Counted from the stretch's first letter, positions 12,457 through 26,420 are shown. The stretch: DNA of 64,000 nucleotides from Minutocellus sp. GHC0000111 (GCA_977018835.1 OZ361261.1:2294001-2358000), one strand, 5' to 3'. The notes: a model not told the origin generated them from the sequence alone. A program made the numbers and translations.

Positions 12457-13013
12457 GTTTCCAGGCTATGAGCTGATCTGGCTTGATTCCTTTGCCATGC
12501 GTCTTCCGAAGAAGTAAGTATTGGTATTCTCGATCGATTGGTGGCCACCGTAACAAGGAAGGGTTCACGCTGCTGCAACGCACGCTGTCCACGCAGACTG
12601 ATGATGTGAAGACCAAACTTGGAACCACAAGACCGCCGTCCCGCACGCAAGGAACACAAAGCAACGCCTTGCCTTCGGTGTATCTGCTGAGATAGATTGT
12701 CTCGCTCCCGGCAAACGAAGGCACCAGCGGTACCACTCTCACTGCGGTACAAGATGTGCTCGATTTTATGAGGCCCGGCCACTGCAGGCCACTGACGATC
12801 TGACGATGGACTCACTCGACACACAAAGATGAGGTTTGAAGGTCTGCGCGCCAACCAAATTCCCGCCACTTTCCCAGGCAGCAGGCACATCGAAGAAGTC
12901 AATGCTATCGAACCTTTGCTCAAGGCGACTGATCAAAGTATTTCCAGCAGCAGCACCAGCACATCTCCCAAACTGCTCATTTTTCCCTCGCACGTATTTG
13001 CCTGGACCAGTAG

Positions 13014-14132
<1,119 letters not shown>

Positions 14133-14305
14133 TTTTTGTGTTTGATACATATAATGTCATCTGTACTGTAGACCTAGTAGTCTAGCATCACAATTCGAGG
14201 AGATATCGATAGCAGTGATTAGGACATTATTCCAACGCATCAGTTTTATGCAACGGATGATATATATGCTCAGTTCATAGCAAAATTTCTGACTCTAGTG
14301 CAAAT

Positions 14306-14764
14306 TCAATGATGAGTTACCATATCTGGCCCTCCTCCATCACCACCAGGCGAAGGCTCGTCTTTGCGAGTCCTCAACAACTCCTGCGCAAATTCATCCA
14401 TTGCCTCAGCCATTCGGACATCCTTGTCAGATATGCCGCCCGTGTCATGCGTCGTCAGGGTCACATCCACAACGCTGTACACATTGAACCACTCTGGATG
14501 ATGATCCATCTTCTCCGCGAGGAGTGCAGCTCTGCTCATGAAGCTCCATGCCTGCGAGAAATCATTGAAACAATACTCCTTCTTGAGGGCGGGCCTTTCA
14601 CCGTCCCCACCGACGGTCTGCCAAGAGAACGGCCCTTGAGAGCAGAGCTTCTCAATTGCCTTGGCCTGCTGGTCGGGAGACATGGAGGCAAATCTCCTTG
14701 GTCCACCCCGCAGCGCACAGCGAGCCAATGCTGCCCCTTGCAGGGCACTGATACGCGGTAGCAC
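14306..14764 (-). CDS. PCBD: Pterin-4-alpha-carbinolamine dehydratase with mitochondrial-like presequence
   Basis: Motif AEKMDHHPEWFNVY...LTTHD.GGIS.KD. The presequence starts at GTG (14764); the first ATG is at 14683. Confidence 0.9.
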   Translation of the reverse strand: MLPRISALQGAALARCALRGGPRRFASMSPDQQAKAIEKLCSQGPFSWQTVGGDGERPALKKEYCFNDFSQAWSFMSRAALLAEKMDHHPEWFNVYSVVDVTLTTHDTGGISDKDVRMAEAMDEFAQELLRTRKDEPSPGGDGGGPDMVTHH

Positions 14765-15125
14765 GAGGCTCGATTGGATTGAAATAAAACGAGACCTTTC
14801 ATTCGGGGATTAAACGTCGTAACGGGAACGCCCCTTAAAAAGTTTGATGGACGTAAAGTCGTTCTAATTTTGGGAGTGGAATTTCGAGACGCGATGACGT
14901 GTTGACAGTCAGGATCTGTGCCGTGGGTCAGAGCGAGGAATGACGATGTTGTATCCTTGAATGAATCCACCAGCTACTGCCCACAGATAAATAACAACAA
15001 CGCCCATCGTAGTCAATCAATAGAAGACTGCAGCCTGACTTCAATTGGCTTTCGCATTTACATTTCTCGGCATCGAACTCAATTCACATCATCAACCGCT
15101 GCATCACCAAAAGTAAGAAAGAACA

Positions 15126-16409
15126 ATGATCCAAAGAACGACGTCAATTCAGCTTCTTTGCCTGAGCGCAGCGGCACTCCAATGCAGCGCTTTTGCGCCG
15201 TCTTCGTCACATTTGGCAGCGCACAGCGCGATGTCCGTAGTTCCTCGTCCGGTTGGCCACCGATCAGCGGCCATGGCTTCCAAGAGGAGCGCAGCACCAG
15301 GAGGAGCACTACACATGGCCGTGGAGGGAGACTTTGACCCCGACGCGATCAATCGGCAGGTGGAGGAAGCGCAGGCAGGATCGATCAAGGCTCGCTTCCG
15401 CGCATTGTACAAATTCACTCGCCCGCACACCATCCGTGGTACCATCCTCGCCTCGATTGCTGGCACCATCCGAGCTCTGACCGATACTCCTGGTGCGATT
15501 GCCAACGCCCAGTGGGGTGCCATGCTCCCCCGGGCATTCATTGGTATGGTGGCTCTTCTGTTGGGCAATGCCTTCATTGTGGGTATCAATCAAATATTCG
15601 ACGAAAAGATTGATAAGATGAACAAACCCTTTCTACCTGTGGCGAGTGGCGAAATGTCGAAGCGATTTGCTTGGGTGACGGTCCTTGCCGCTGGTGCCAT
15701 TGGCCCATTGATAGTGTAAGTTTTCTTGAGGAACATGTAGCAGCGTAGACACGCATACAAACAAGTGGACAGATACTCGATTCATTCCTCACACATTTAT
15801 TTTTCCTTATACAATGTCCACAAATGCAGTAATCAATTCTTTCCCGCGGTCTTGTTCAAATTGTACATGGTGGGTTGGATATTGGGAGCCATCTATTCTG
15901 TCCCGCCGATTCGTACGAAGCGCAATGCACTTGCGGCAGGTCTTACGATTGCTGCCGTGCGTGGATTTTTGCTCAACTTTGGTGTGTATTACGCGGTGAA
16001 GGATGCCATAGGTGCTCCCTTTAGCTGGTCTCCCAAGGTGGCCTTCATCGCTCGATTCATGACGATCTTTGCCACGGTCATTGCCGTTACCAAGGATCTA
16101 CCGGATACGGAGGGAGACAAGAAGTACAACATCGAAACGCTCGCTACCAAGGTGGGAATCCCAAAGATTGCCAAGGGCGCCACGGTATGCCTGGTGCTGA
16201 ATTACATCTCAGCGATTGGTCAAGGCCTTCTCGCAGCTCCCGGCACATTCAACAAAATTCCCATGATTGGTGGACACTTGGCCCTTGCAGCTATGCTTCT
16301 TGCTCGGTTCCGCAAGCTCGATGCGGAGTCCATCCCCTCGGTCAAGCTCTACTACAAGCACATTTGGGACAACTTTTATTTGGAGTACTTGCTGTACACT
16401 CTGATTTAA
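15126..16409 (+). CDS. HST: Homogentisate solanesyltransferase (UbiA family), plastid-targeted
   Basis: CSA-FAP bipartite signal; motifs [26 protein letters not shown] and KDLPDTEGD. Intron 15716-15829. Confidence 0.92.
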
Positions 16410-16616
16410 ACCTATTAAAATATACTTGAGTATAATATGAATTGCAGAGTGCGCAATGCGGATAGAAAATTTTCGTCTGTCCGCCGTTGAAGTTGCCTTT
16501 GGGCTAATTACCAAGGCGCACGTGCGCAGAAAGTTGAGCATCGCTCCTCCAGTTGTCGGCTCATAACTTCTTTCAGGAAGCTTATTCCTAACCTGGTAGC
16601 ACACAGGTTTACCAAC

Positions 16617-17873
16617 ATGCTCCGCACTTTCACATCCTCGGTGGCCCGTAGGGCTTCGGCTGCTACGGGCGGGTCGGCCCGCTGCATGAGCGGGAAGGAG
16701 TGGATCCCCAACGTGTCGATGGACACCGAGGTGGTCCATGGTGGAGTGAACCCCGACGAGAAGACGGGGGCCATCCTGACGCCGGTGTACCTCAGTACGA
16801 CGTTCGTTCAGGAGTCGGTCGACAAGTATCTCGACAAGGGTTACAGCTACAGCCGCACGGCCAACCCGACCGTGCAGATGCTGGAACAGAAGGTGGCCAG
16901 GATGGAGAATGGCTACGGAGCCATCTGCGTCGGGACTGGCATGTCGGCCACCGCCTCGTGCATCAACGGCTTTATGAACGCCGGAGATCACTGCGTCATG
17001 ACCAACTGCAGCTACGGCGGTACCAACCGTATCGCCAGGGAGCAGTTCATGAACCTTGGGATGGAGTTCAGCTTCGTGGACTTTACCGATCCACAGAACG
17101 TGGCCGATGCCATCAAGCCCAACACCAAGCTCATCTTCAGCGAGAGTCCCACCAACCCCACGCTGAAGATTGCCGACTTGGGCGCCATCTCGGAGATTGC
17201 CAAGGAACACGGAATCGTTCACGTTTGCGATTCCACCTTTGCCACTCCATACATTATGCGTCCCCTTGATCACGGCTGCGATCTTACCATCCAGTCGCTG
17301 ACCAAGTACTACGACGGACTCAACATGGGCCTTGGCGGCGCCCTCATCTCCGCCACGCCTGAGCTGTACGAGCGCACCAAGCTCGTCCAGAACATGCACG
17401 GCAACATCATGAGCCCCATGACGGCGTACATGATGCTCCAGTCCATGAAGACCATGGGCCTGCGCATCCGCCAGCAGTCCTCCTCGGCCATGAAGATCGC
17501 CACCTTCCTTGAGGCTCACCCCAAGGTGGAGAAGGCGGTCTATCCCGGCCTTGCCAGCTTCCCCCAGAAGGAGCTTGCTGATAAGCAGCACCGTGATGGT
17601 CTGCACGGCGGTATGCTTTGGTTCGACGTCGTTGGTGGCGACACTGCCGCCATCAAGCTGATGGACAACATCAAGAGGCCCTGGACTCTGTGCGAGAACC
17701 TCGGAGCCAGTGAGAGTATCATCACGGCCTGCGCCGTCATGACTCACGCCAACATGATCCGGGAGGACAGGTTGGCCGTTGGCATTAGCGATGGCTTCAT
17801 CCGTATCTCCGTCGGTATTGAGGACCCCGATGACCTTATCCGTGCTTTGGATGAGGCCCTCAACTCCCTCTAA
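16617..17873 (+). CDS. Cys/Met metabolism PLP-dependent enzyme (cystathionine gamma-lyase/synthase family), mitochondrial-like presequence
   Basis: Motifs YSYSRTANPT, ESPTNP, DSTFATP, SLTKYYDG (PLP lysine) and IRISVGIED. Confidence 0.93.
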   Translation: MLRTFTSSVARRASAATGGSARCMSGKEWIPNVSMDTEVVHGGVNPDEKTGAILTPVYLSTTFVQESVDKYLDKGYSYSRTANPTVQMLEQKVARMENGYGAICVGTGMSATASCINGFMNAGDHCVMTNCSYGGTNRIAREQFMNLGMEFSFVDFTDPQNVADAIKPNTKLIFSESPTNPTLKIADLGAISEIAKEHGIVHVCDSTFATPYIMRPLDHGCDLTIQSLTKYYDGLNMGLGGALISATPELYERTKLVQNMHGNIMSPMTAYMMLQSMKTMGLRIRQQSSSAMKIATFLEAHPKVEKAVYPGLASFPQKELADKQHRDGLHGGMLWFDVVGGDTAAIKLMDNIKRPWTLCENLGASESIITACAVMTHANMIREDRLAVGISDGFIRISVGIEDPDDLIRALDEALNSL

Positions 17874-18239
17874 GCAAAGGCAGGCTGACAGAAAAAATCG
17901 ATACACACAATACCGGTAGCCGCTATCGGTGAATAATTACAACGTACATGAGAGACAGGGACTATTCATTGAGATAGAAGAAGCAGGTATATTTGTTTAT
18001 GTTTCACTTAAAACTAAAGAAAAGGAAATAAAACAATCCCAATTATTCTTAGAGAAAGTCGGAGAGAAAGGCACATTCATGATGTTTCAAACATCTATTT
18101 ATTTCTAACGCATCCTAGAGGCAAGGACGGTACGGTGTTAGTATGTAGTTAGCAACATGTTAGCTTAAGATCGCTATCTCCTCTTTTTCTCCTTCACCTC
18201 TCCTACATTACTCGGTTCACAACATCTTTATCCACGAAT

Positions 18240-19628
18240 CTACTCCTCCATGTCCATGCAGCCGCCATGGGAGCTAGTCTCCGCGACAGCCCCCATTGCC
18301 ACAGCATGCGCGTTGTGATGGCAGTCCAGACAGAACACACGCTCCTCCCTGGACTCGTCGTAGTTGACGGTCGAGCAGAAGGTGCAGTACCGCTTGGAGC
18401 AGGGCTGGCAGTGCCGGGTGCAGGAGGGACACGACGGCCGTTCGCAGTACGAGCAGGTGAGGACCGACGGCGGTGGTGCCGACGGCCCCACGTTGGCATT
18501 GGTGGGGTGGGCAGAATGTGTATGCGGATGAGGCGTCGAGGAGTTGGCAGCACCGGAAGAAACCGATGAGGTAGGACGGGAGGGCGTGCTGCAAACTGCC
18601 GGGGGCTTGCGAACCTGAAAGTACGACAGGAGAGAATTCTTTTGCCTGGTACTAGTAGTAGCACCTGCAGTAGTAGCTGGAGCTTGTGGCAGGTGCTGGT
18701 TCTGATAGCTTCCGTGCTGTTGATGGCCGGCCGCATGGAAGGCGGGCGAATGATGGGAAAGTCCCTTCGCCACATAGGGACTCCCATGCGAATGCGATGG
18801 GTGATGATGAGCTGCAGTGCCAGCGCCAGTGCCTGCACTGGCAGAGCTCTCAGCATGATCCGACGACTGCAGAGGTGGGGCCTCGTTGACATTGCAAACA
18901 TGACATCTCGCGGCGGCAGCACTCGACGTAACTGCAGCTCCATGAGGAGCCAACGACGAGAAGGAGGACGAGGCCGAAAGTGCTGAGAATACTGCCGCCG
19001 CCGCTGCCGCCGAGGTTGTGCTGCTACTGCGAGCAGTACCGATACCGGCACCGACAGTAGCAGCCGGCCGTGGCTGCTTCCACCATTCCCGAGGCGTCTG
19101 CTCCTTATTAGACTCGCACTCGTGCATTGACGGCGGGGGCTCATCAATGTCGGATACCGAATCCTGAGTAATTTGCATCACCGCACCGCCCTCGGCCGCT
19201 GGGGCTGATGTGGCGCCGAACCAAAGAGCGGCGGCGGCGGCCGGTGCCGGGGAATTCAAATTTGCATCAAAGGAGCTGCCGCCGGCCGAAGCAGCGCCAC
19301 CGTTTGAGTGCTGCGCGCATGCGATCGGAGCAAACTGACCGGCGCCGAACTTGCAATCTCGATCGGGAGATATGATGAACGATGGATGAGAGTGTTTACC
19401 GTTCGCATGCGCAGCTTGCGTGCCAGATGGTTGGAAGGGAGATGAGAAGGGGAAGGGTGATGATGTTGATGAGGCGGAACGAGCACATGTGTCATTTTGG
19501 GATGCGTTGTTGTCTGTCCTCATTCGCTTCGCTGGCGGCTGATCGGCCAGAGCAAATGCCGGGGCAAGATGAGCGCAACGGTGGTGATGACCACCGCCGC
19601 TGCCACCACCGTTACCGCTGAAGCTCAT
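18240..19628 (-). CDS. Low-complexity protein with Siva-like C-terminal zinc finger
   Basis: C-terminus CSYCERPSCPSCTRHCQPCSKRYCTFCSTVNY...VFCLDC has the Cys spacing of the Siva C-terminal domain as I recall it. An upstream CHVC is also present. Confidence 0.65.
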   Translation of the reverse strand: MSFSGNGGGSGGGHHHRCAHLAPAFALADQPPAKRMRTDNNASQNDTCARSASSTSSPFPFSSPFQPSGTQAAHANGKHSHPSFIISPDRDCKFGAGQFAPIACAQHSNGGAASAGGSSFDANLNSPAPAAAAALWFGATSAPAAEGGAVMQITQDSVSDIDEPPPSMHECESNKEQTPREWWKQPRPAATVGAGIGTARSSSTTSAAAAAAVFSALSASSSFSSLAPHGAAVTSSAAAARCHVCNVNEAPPLQSSDHAESSASAGTGAGTAAHHHPSHSHGSPYVAKGLSHHSPAFHAAGHQQHGSYQNQHLPQAPATTAGATTSTRQKNSLLSYFQVRKPPAVCSTPSRPTSSVSSGAANSSTPHPHTHSAHPTNANVGPSAPPPSVLTCSYCERPSCPSCTRHCQPCSKRYCTFCSTVNYDESREERVFCLDCHHNAHAVAMGAVAETSSHGGCMDMEE

Positions 19629-19799
19629 TGTTGTTGATGAAGGTACGAAATATGAGACGATGAAGCGGTTTGGTTTTCGATTTTGAGAAAGGAAGCCTGC
19701 CGCGTCGTTTTGCTACAATTGTAGCAACCGATCAAAAAGGCGGTTTCGAGGGTTTCGAGAGCTCAAAGTGAGATCATCATGGAAGCAGCAGGTTAGGTG

Positions 19800-20520
19800 C
19801 GTAAGCAGGCAGAAACTCACATGTGCGCAGTGGGGGCAGCAACAGAACCTACAGCAAGCAAGAGATTGGCGTTTGGCATGTCATTCAAAGCATTCGTGAT
19901 GATCTCTCTCTGCAAGACTTCCGTCTTTTCGAGCAAGATCCTCATGTTGATTTTGCTGTCACCATGGCTCTTGCTGGCGGCATCGGTGGGAAAGCAAAGC
20001 GGGTGGGTGTGTCAAATGGAGAGATGTTTTGGCTCGGAGCTGCAAACGGCATTCCTCCTCAGGGACGCCGTACAGAAGCTTTGCAACAATCACCTGCGCA
20101 TCTTCGATTTGCTTCAGGAACGCAATTCCAACAACAACAGAAAGACTCCCATCGGAAAGCACATGTGCGCATCATGATGAGGAAGATCCGAGCTGGCAAA
20201 AAGCAACCATTCCCAATGAGCACCTGCTTCACATCCTCGGGCTTCGCAGCTCCTGTGGACGCACCAAGCTGGAGAGGGTGCAAGTCAGGACCTAATCCAA
20301 GTGACTTGATCGCACACTCCAACTTGGCCTTGGTTCCTGGATGCTTGTCAGCGAGAGGTTCGCGACGCAGCAGTCCTTCCTTGGCACAATCTTGAGACGC
20401 AATGCCAAGTTTCTGAGAGTTTCCGTCCACCTTCTGAACAAAATCCTGCGAAAGCATCATGTCTCGCCAAACATGCTTGTTCTGACGTCCCGGGACAGTG
20501 AAGTGACGGGCAGGACGGTG
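19800..20520. pseudogene. Degenerate TpA-depleted coding-like sequence, probable transposable-element remnant
   Basis: Long frames on both strands, only 4 TpA in 720 nt by hand count, and it abuts repeat copy A. Confidence 0.4.
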
Positions 20521-20745
20521 CAATAGATTGGTGTTTTTGAGGTGGCATCTGCAGGGCTTGTTAGCCCCCGCGCGCCTGCACCATGCTCTCGTGACGGAGC
20601 AGGCAAGCTAGAAGCCCAGTGCTCTTGCTGAGAGCAATCAGCTCGCAGACATGCGAACCTTGACTAATTATCATTGATATTACTACCATGACTGCTATGG
20701 CTTGCCCCGGTCTCCATGCATGGATAGACATCTAGACAGAGATCT
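20518..20745 (+). repeat. ~225-bp dispersed repeat, copy A (foldback-capable)
   Basis: Aligns by eye with 29854-30074 in direct orientation. Confidence 0.92.
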
Positions 20746-23700
20746 GCACCACCAGTGTGTCTGACTGCTGCTGCTGCTGACCCGGCACACACGTGCATTT
20801 GAAGGCATGTGATTTCAAAGGACCCTTAGGTCCGACTCATGCACCTCACCAGGCTGCTAGCAGCTTCGCTGTAGCCCTTTCTTCTATTCTTTCTATTTCT
20901 TTTTCCAATCTATTTCCACACAGGTGCTTCCATGGTTGTGTCTTAAGACAGATTCAAGGAGATTGATGCAATGAGGCTCTGTTCCGAATGCTAAGGAAGT
21001 TGCTGTCGAGTGACCAAGGACAATGACTGATCAAAAAGGACACCCGGAACAAGGGCCACAAGGAGAAGCGAGAAGAATGCCTTGTGATTCGTGCCCTTGT
21101 GATCCGATGCCGAAACGGCACTGGCCACGCAGGAGATACTAGAGAATGACAGTCGTGGCTGACTCGTGCGGAGCGGGAGACTAGTTGGAGTTGGCTCGTG
21201 CACGAATGAAGGACGAATGAAACCCGAATGAAGGCAGTAAAGCGACAGCAACCAGGAGAAGAGCGAGAGCTCACAATTTCTACAATTGAACTTTTATCAC
21301 ATCAGATAGATGAATAAATGAAGACGAAGTAACAATCCAAGTTTTTGATACCTTAATTAATAATATGAGTCGGTTCCTCTATTGAGAGGACTCAAGACTT
21401 CAGCATAGTGCACTGTATTAATACAACTACTATGGTATTATGACCATTGGTTGATAAAGCTCATCGAGCTCTCTTTGCCAGTCGCGACGCAAAGAGAAAT
21501 ACAGCTCGATTGCAACCACCGAATTATCCAACCTTCCAAATGGACCACCGATTGAAAGAACGCTTTCGTTGGTAGATCATCTTCCTGAGGCGGGCCGCAA
21601 GCTCAGCATTGCAACTGCATTTTGGCAATCTTTCCTCCGCGCAATTGCGATTGATCGCATACTGATGGCGAGGAGGCGCCGAAATGATGGGGTTGACTAT
21701 CTCATGCCGAGCCCGATGGACCAGCGACCAGGAATGTGAGATTCCGTCGACTGCAGCGACGGCAACAAAGATGATCTCACGCGCACGTTCTTGCATTCTC
21801 ATAATTTCCAACGGCCGTCATCGACGAGCGACAGGCATCGTGCCTCGAGAGAGGTGCAGAAGCACGAGCGCACGGGAAGGATGGAAAGTAGGCAAAACAC
21901 CGAAAGCCGAATCCGTCAACATAGTGCTACGTCTTCGCACGGAGTGTGCGCATGCATGCCTCAGTCGGCATGTGCAAGTACACTGTACGACGAGGGAGGT
22001 GCCTTATGCATCAAAGCGATCAAGAAGCGAGAGCACAGTCCGCTTCTGGTACTGAATAGGTGGCATGTGATCCAAACCAATGATATTGGCGCATCTACTG
22101 TGCATGTGCCGACGAACACACATGACCATAAGTAGACTGGCACACCTACCCATGACTTCGAATCTACGCACATGTACCAGAGACATCTACCATGAAGCAT
22201 GCATGACCGTAGCAGCCTTCAATTCTGCTAAAATAATTCGTGCATGCATCATCGCTACATGCATGACTCGAAATCTGTTGCTGGCACAACAGACAGGAAA
22301 TGTGCATTCCGTACACGAGCGCAGGTGTATTTATGTAGCAGCGTGGACATGATAGACTCCATCCAACACTACTACCTGTGTTACAGGCATGCCGTTGTCT
22401 CTGAAAAAGAGCCACCGTTGCACCTGAATTTGCTACATTATGCACCTGGTACATCTACTACATGTAAATTCCAAATCTACACGTAAGCGCTGGATAGTCT
22501 ATGCTAGCAACCATGCTGTAGAAGCACGGCTATGGTTTGATCCCAATGCTGATGCGGGCATTTCTACCAATTATCTACATATGCCACCGGAAATTCGCTT
22601 GATAACTCCCCCAGAACTTACGAATGTTGACCGAATCCAGCATTACTGCCAGTAGAACAGTAAAAACCGAAGAGTTTCAACTACAGGTACGGTCGTAGGC
22701 ATCCATCCAGGATTTAAAGGGCATGAGTTGATTGCAAGGTAAATTGCCCGTGGATGGATGAATGCGTAGGCTACAAGTCCTAGTTCTACAGCAACAAATA
22801 TCCGTGGCGGGTATTTGTATTGTAGCAGGTCACCAGCACGGTCCCATTGCTGGTGCAAGTATGGGAAAGTTGTACTGAACAGCGCTTTCTTGCTAAGTCA
22901 GTACGGTAATAAAGCCGGATGCATGAAACTTGGCATGCTTAGTATTTATTGAATAGGCATCGATACTATTCCAATATTTATTGCGGCCGATCCCAGCAAT
23001 ACTACTGAGCCAGCAGCCAGTTTTGCATCCGAATAGTACACAGTACGAAAGAATTGCAACATGAGATCCGGAGACACAGGCCGCATCAGGTCTTGAACTC
23101 CATGATGCATTCGTACATCCCACACGCGCGTCGAGCATGTGAAGTCACCACACGTCAAGGTACGGCCACATTCTACCACAAAATCATTCGCCGCGCAATC
23201 TTGCTCAAATGTACAAGGGCCAGATATATCTACATGATCAATGATCAATCAGAGCCAATACCACCAGCGCAACGCTCTTTTTGCTCAGTGATAACTCACT
23301 CAGTGAGGAAACTTGGAGTACCGCACGTCCGCGAACGAAAGAGTTCTTACAAAATAGCAAGTTTATGCATCGTGCACTCCGAGTTTCACTCATCAGCTGC
23401 CGAGGCCGTGACCATCGTGGAACGGACAGCTTGGTCCTGACGTCCCACGGCTAATCGGCTAGTACCGGTATTGCTGTGTCGCCAGAAGCCGATCGATTAT
23501 CTTTCCTTCCATGCCAAGAGCATCCTCGTCAGGAAATCAATGGAAGACCTGGCTACCATGCCTCGTGCGAAGGTATTGTATTCGATAGCGTGCACAACAG
23601 TGGGCATATGATACGACGCCCAATCAAAGACAATAGCCATCGCGTTCGGTTGCGGCGAGCGGAAGGTGCCGCCGCCTTGTCCGCAAACCGACGTGTTCAG

Positions 23701-24804
23701 CAGACTATCATGGACGAGGCTAGTACGCTACATACGCCCTGAAGAAACCTTTCGACGAGATATATTCGATCGAGCCGAAAGGAGGCCTCCAGCATATGCG
23801 CACTTGACCGCAAAGCAAAAGAGCAGACCAAAAGATATGAGCAGATCCATCACAGATCTCGGACATGCCCGTCTGTCCATGGTCCGTTCTTTTGGACGGC
23901 GCGCTGCCGGCAGCTATCAGCGCTCAGCGCGCGGCAGCCAGGTTGACAACGAAAGCATGTCACAAGCTACGCTACGTAGCTAGCTAGCTGGCTAGTACCC
24001 TACGCCAGATCTCTTACTACTATGCTCGGCTAGTTAAAACAAATGATGGAACGTAGGAGCTAAGTGAAGGTTCCCTCTAGGCTTTAGTTTGTTGAGAGCG
24101 CTATCACACGTAGAGTGCAGAAACACGCAGCAGCAGCCACTGCAACAACAGTTAAAAGGAGGGTCTCTTGAAAGGCAGCACGTAGGCACATCCCTGATTC
24201 ACTCATTCCTTCTTCCTTCTCAAAGGCCCATCAAAAATCCTGATGTCCTTCCTGACAAGCATAACACGCTGTTGAGGGCAGCAAATCTTCTTAACCATGA
24301 CGAAAAGACGTGTTATTACAAGGAAAGTGTGACAACAACAGGCAGGACAGGACGCAGTGCAACAACAGAACTGCTGCTCCGTCCGCATGCTGCAGTGGGT
24401 GCGCGCGCAAATCTCTACAGACTCAGTCTGAGGAGCCCAAAGGAAATCTAGAGCAGCTAAAAATGAGAAAGGGCACTGGTGGCTCGGCTGATGAAGAAGA
24501 AGAAACAAGACACCTGCGTTGGTGGGGGGTTCAGGCACGTTGTCTCTCCTCCTGCTAGTAGGGCCGGTCTCTTGCATTTCTTTGTCTCTTTTCTGTCTCT
24601 AGCTCCTCACAAAATTGCAAATACCACATGTTCACTAATTTGCTCAACCGCTCAAACACATCAAGGCATGTTGGCAAACCTTACGCTTGTGATATAGAAG
24701 GCGCAATTTATCAAGATCAAAATTTCTCCTAGAAGCGCTCAACGCATTGGACCACACTTTAACAGCGGAAAAACTTGTTGGAGCGATCAACCTGCAAACC
24801 ATGA

Positions 24805-25455
24805 GCACCAATCCTGGAGATCGCCAAAAATGCTAGCACCCAGTCCATTGCCGTCAAACTAGTCACAGATGACACCAAAGATGAAAATTTTGCTGTTCAA
24901 GAAACGAAGCCGCGCGCATTCTTTATTCGCTACCAACAACATCCCCCAGAGCGATTTTCACGCGCGCACGACCTCGCAATGGTTTCTCTTTCTCTTCCCA
25001 CCGTAACCGTCGCGCTAGTAGCAGTCTTACACACGCAGTCTTATTACTTGACCGACCGCGGGTCTGATGCTGCTGGTGATAATACTAAGCGTGAGACAAT
25101 CAGCGCAAGCGTGCAGGAAAAGATTTAGACAAAGCGACAGAAACCGGCTGAAAAGGTGTTGGAGGCAGTTGACGAAACAGCCGCCACCAAGAGATCATCA
25201 GCCGTTTTGACAGAGCAGATTCGGATGCATCTCTCTCTAAGCAAACATCGTTTAATGAAACAGGGAGCCGACGACTCTCAACATCAATGGGGCCTTCACC
25301 TATAAGAGGTACAAGAGAAGCCAGTCAAAAGAGGAGTGTCAATGTCAAAAGGCCACAACAATGCTTCAACGGAACCAGAAGAGAAAAGTCATGTTGGTCT
25401 AGCCGTCGTCCGTATCGGCACAAATGCGATTGCAGGAGTCCCCCTGTCTAAGTAA
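24805..25455 (+). pseudogene. Decayed reading frame of an unknown protein
   Basis: About 215 codons in one frame with only two internal stops (25126, 25303) and protein-like composition. Confidence 0.35.
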
Positions 25456-26420
25456 AAGGGAGCCAAGGAGGTAGACACCGGGATCTAATGCCACTCCAGT
25501 AGCAGCAGTGTTAGCGAAGGCTAAGAACGAAAGCACCACTTACTTACAACGTTGCTACGTTCTGGTAGGACTGTCAGCTACATCGCAACAGAAGAATCCC
25601 TTCCTTTTAGTCAAGGTACAAAAAGGTCAAGAAGTGGCTGTTGGGCGAGATCAAAGCGGCTACTTCTTACATCAACTAAAGGACCGCCGACACCGCTTGT
25701 GTCATTGCCACAAGTGCAAGACAAATTTGACCTTGACGCGCCCAAGGCGAGGGGACAAATCTTTAATGGTGTTGTTTTAAAGACTCGACCTTCGCGGTCG
25801 GTGTTGGTCTCGAGTAGAACAACAGGGTCGCAGAATGACACGAAGCGACTACTTCTGTGAAGGATAGAGACAATCTCAATACCACTGGTTCGCATGTATT
25901 GTTAATGCGAGGGAAGTGACATTGGAAATGGAGGCGACTAAAAGAAGTGTCGCCGAGATTGAATGACTCTCGCATCAACACCTTCCTAGCTAGCTAGAGA
26001 GAGAAGAACAACGGTGACCCAGAAGACCTACCTCCAAGAAAGAAAGTGAGGTCATGTGACAACCTCAAGGGCAACTGAAAACATTACTTGTCAAAGCCCT
26101 CTTTTCTCTCAAAGCTTGCGAAGCTCACGGAAATGCGGAGCTCTAGCTAGCTACAGCGTAGACTAGCACCTTTCGGAAATTTTTGATCGGTACTTGTAAG
26201 TGACTTACCACTGACCCGAGTATTGGATATGGCCGTCAGGCATCATCCACACAGCACAGTGAAAAATGCAACCGAACGATTCCTAAAAGAGCAATCCTAC
26301 AGAATGCTAACCGGTCAGACTGGGCATCGCTTACATTTGTTTATGGTGATGAATACACCTAGGTAGGACAAGATACTCCTACAGCGAGAGCAGTAGGAGC
26401 TTCCGACAAATTGCCACACA

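Noticed and set aside
16209..17906. Long antisense ORFs (also 2134-3444, 13074-14150, 43381-44031, 54195-55613, 62473-63483)
   Set aside because: They are shadows of GC3-biased sense genes and contain no recognisable motifs.
20585..20670. Resemblance to a TPP riboswitch (GCTGAGA...GAACCT) or to SRP RNA helix 8 (ACGGAGCAGG)
   Set aside because: The other required conserved elements (TAATGCC...GGGA; the CAGG strand and GNRA loop) are missing.
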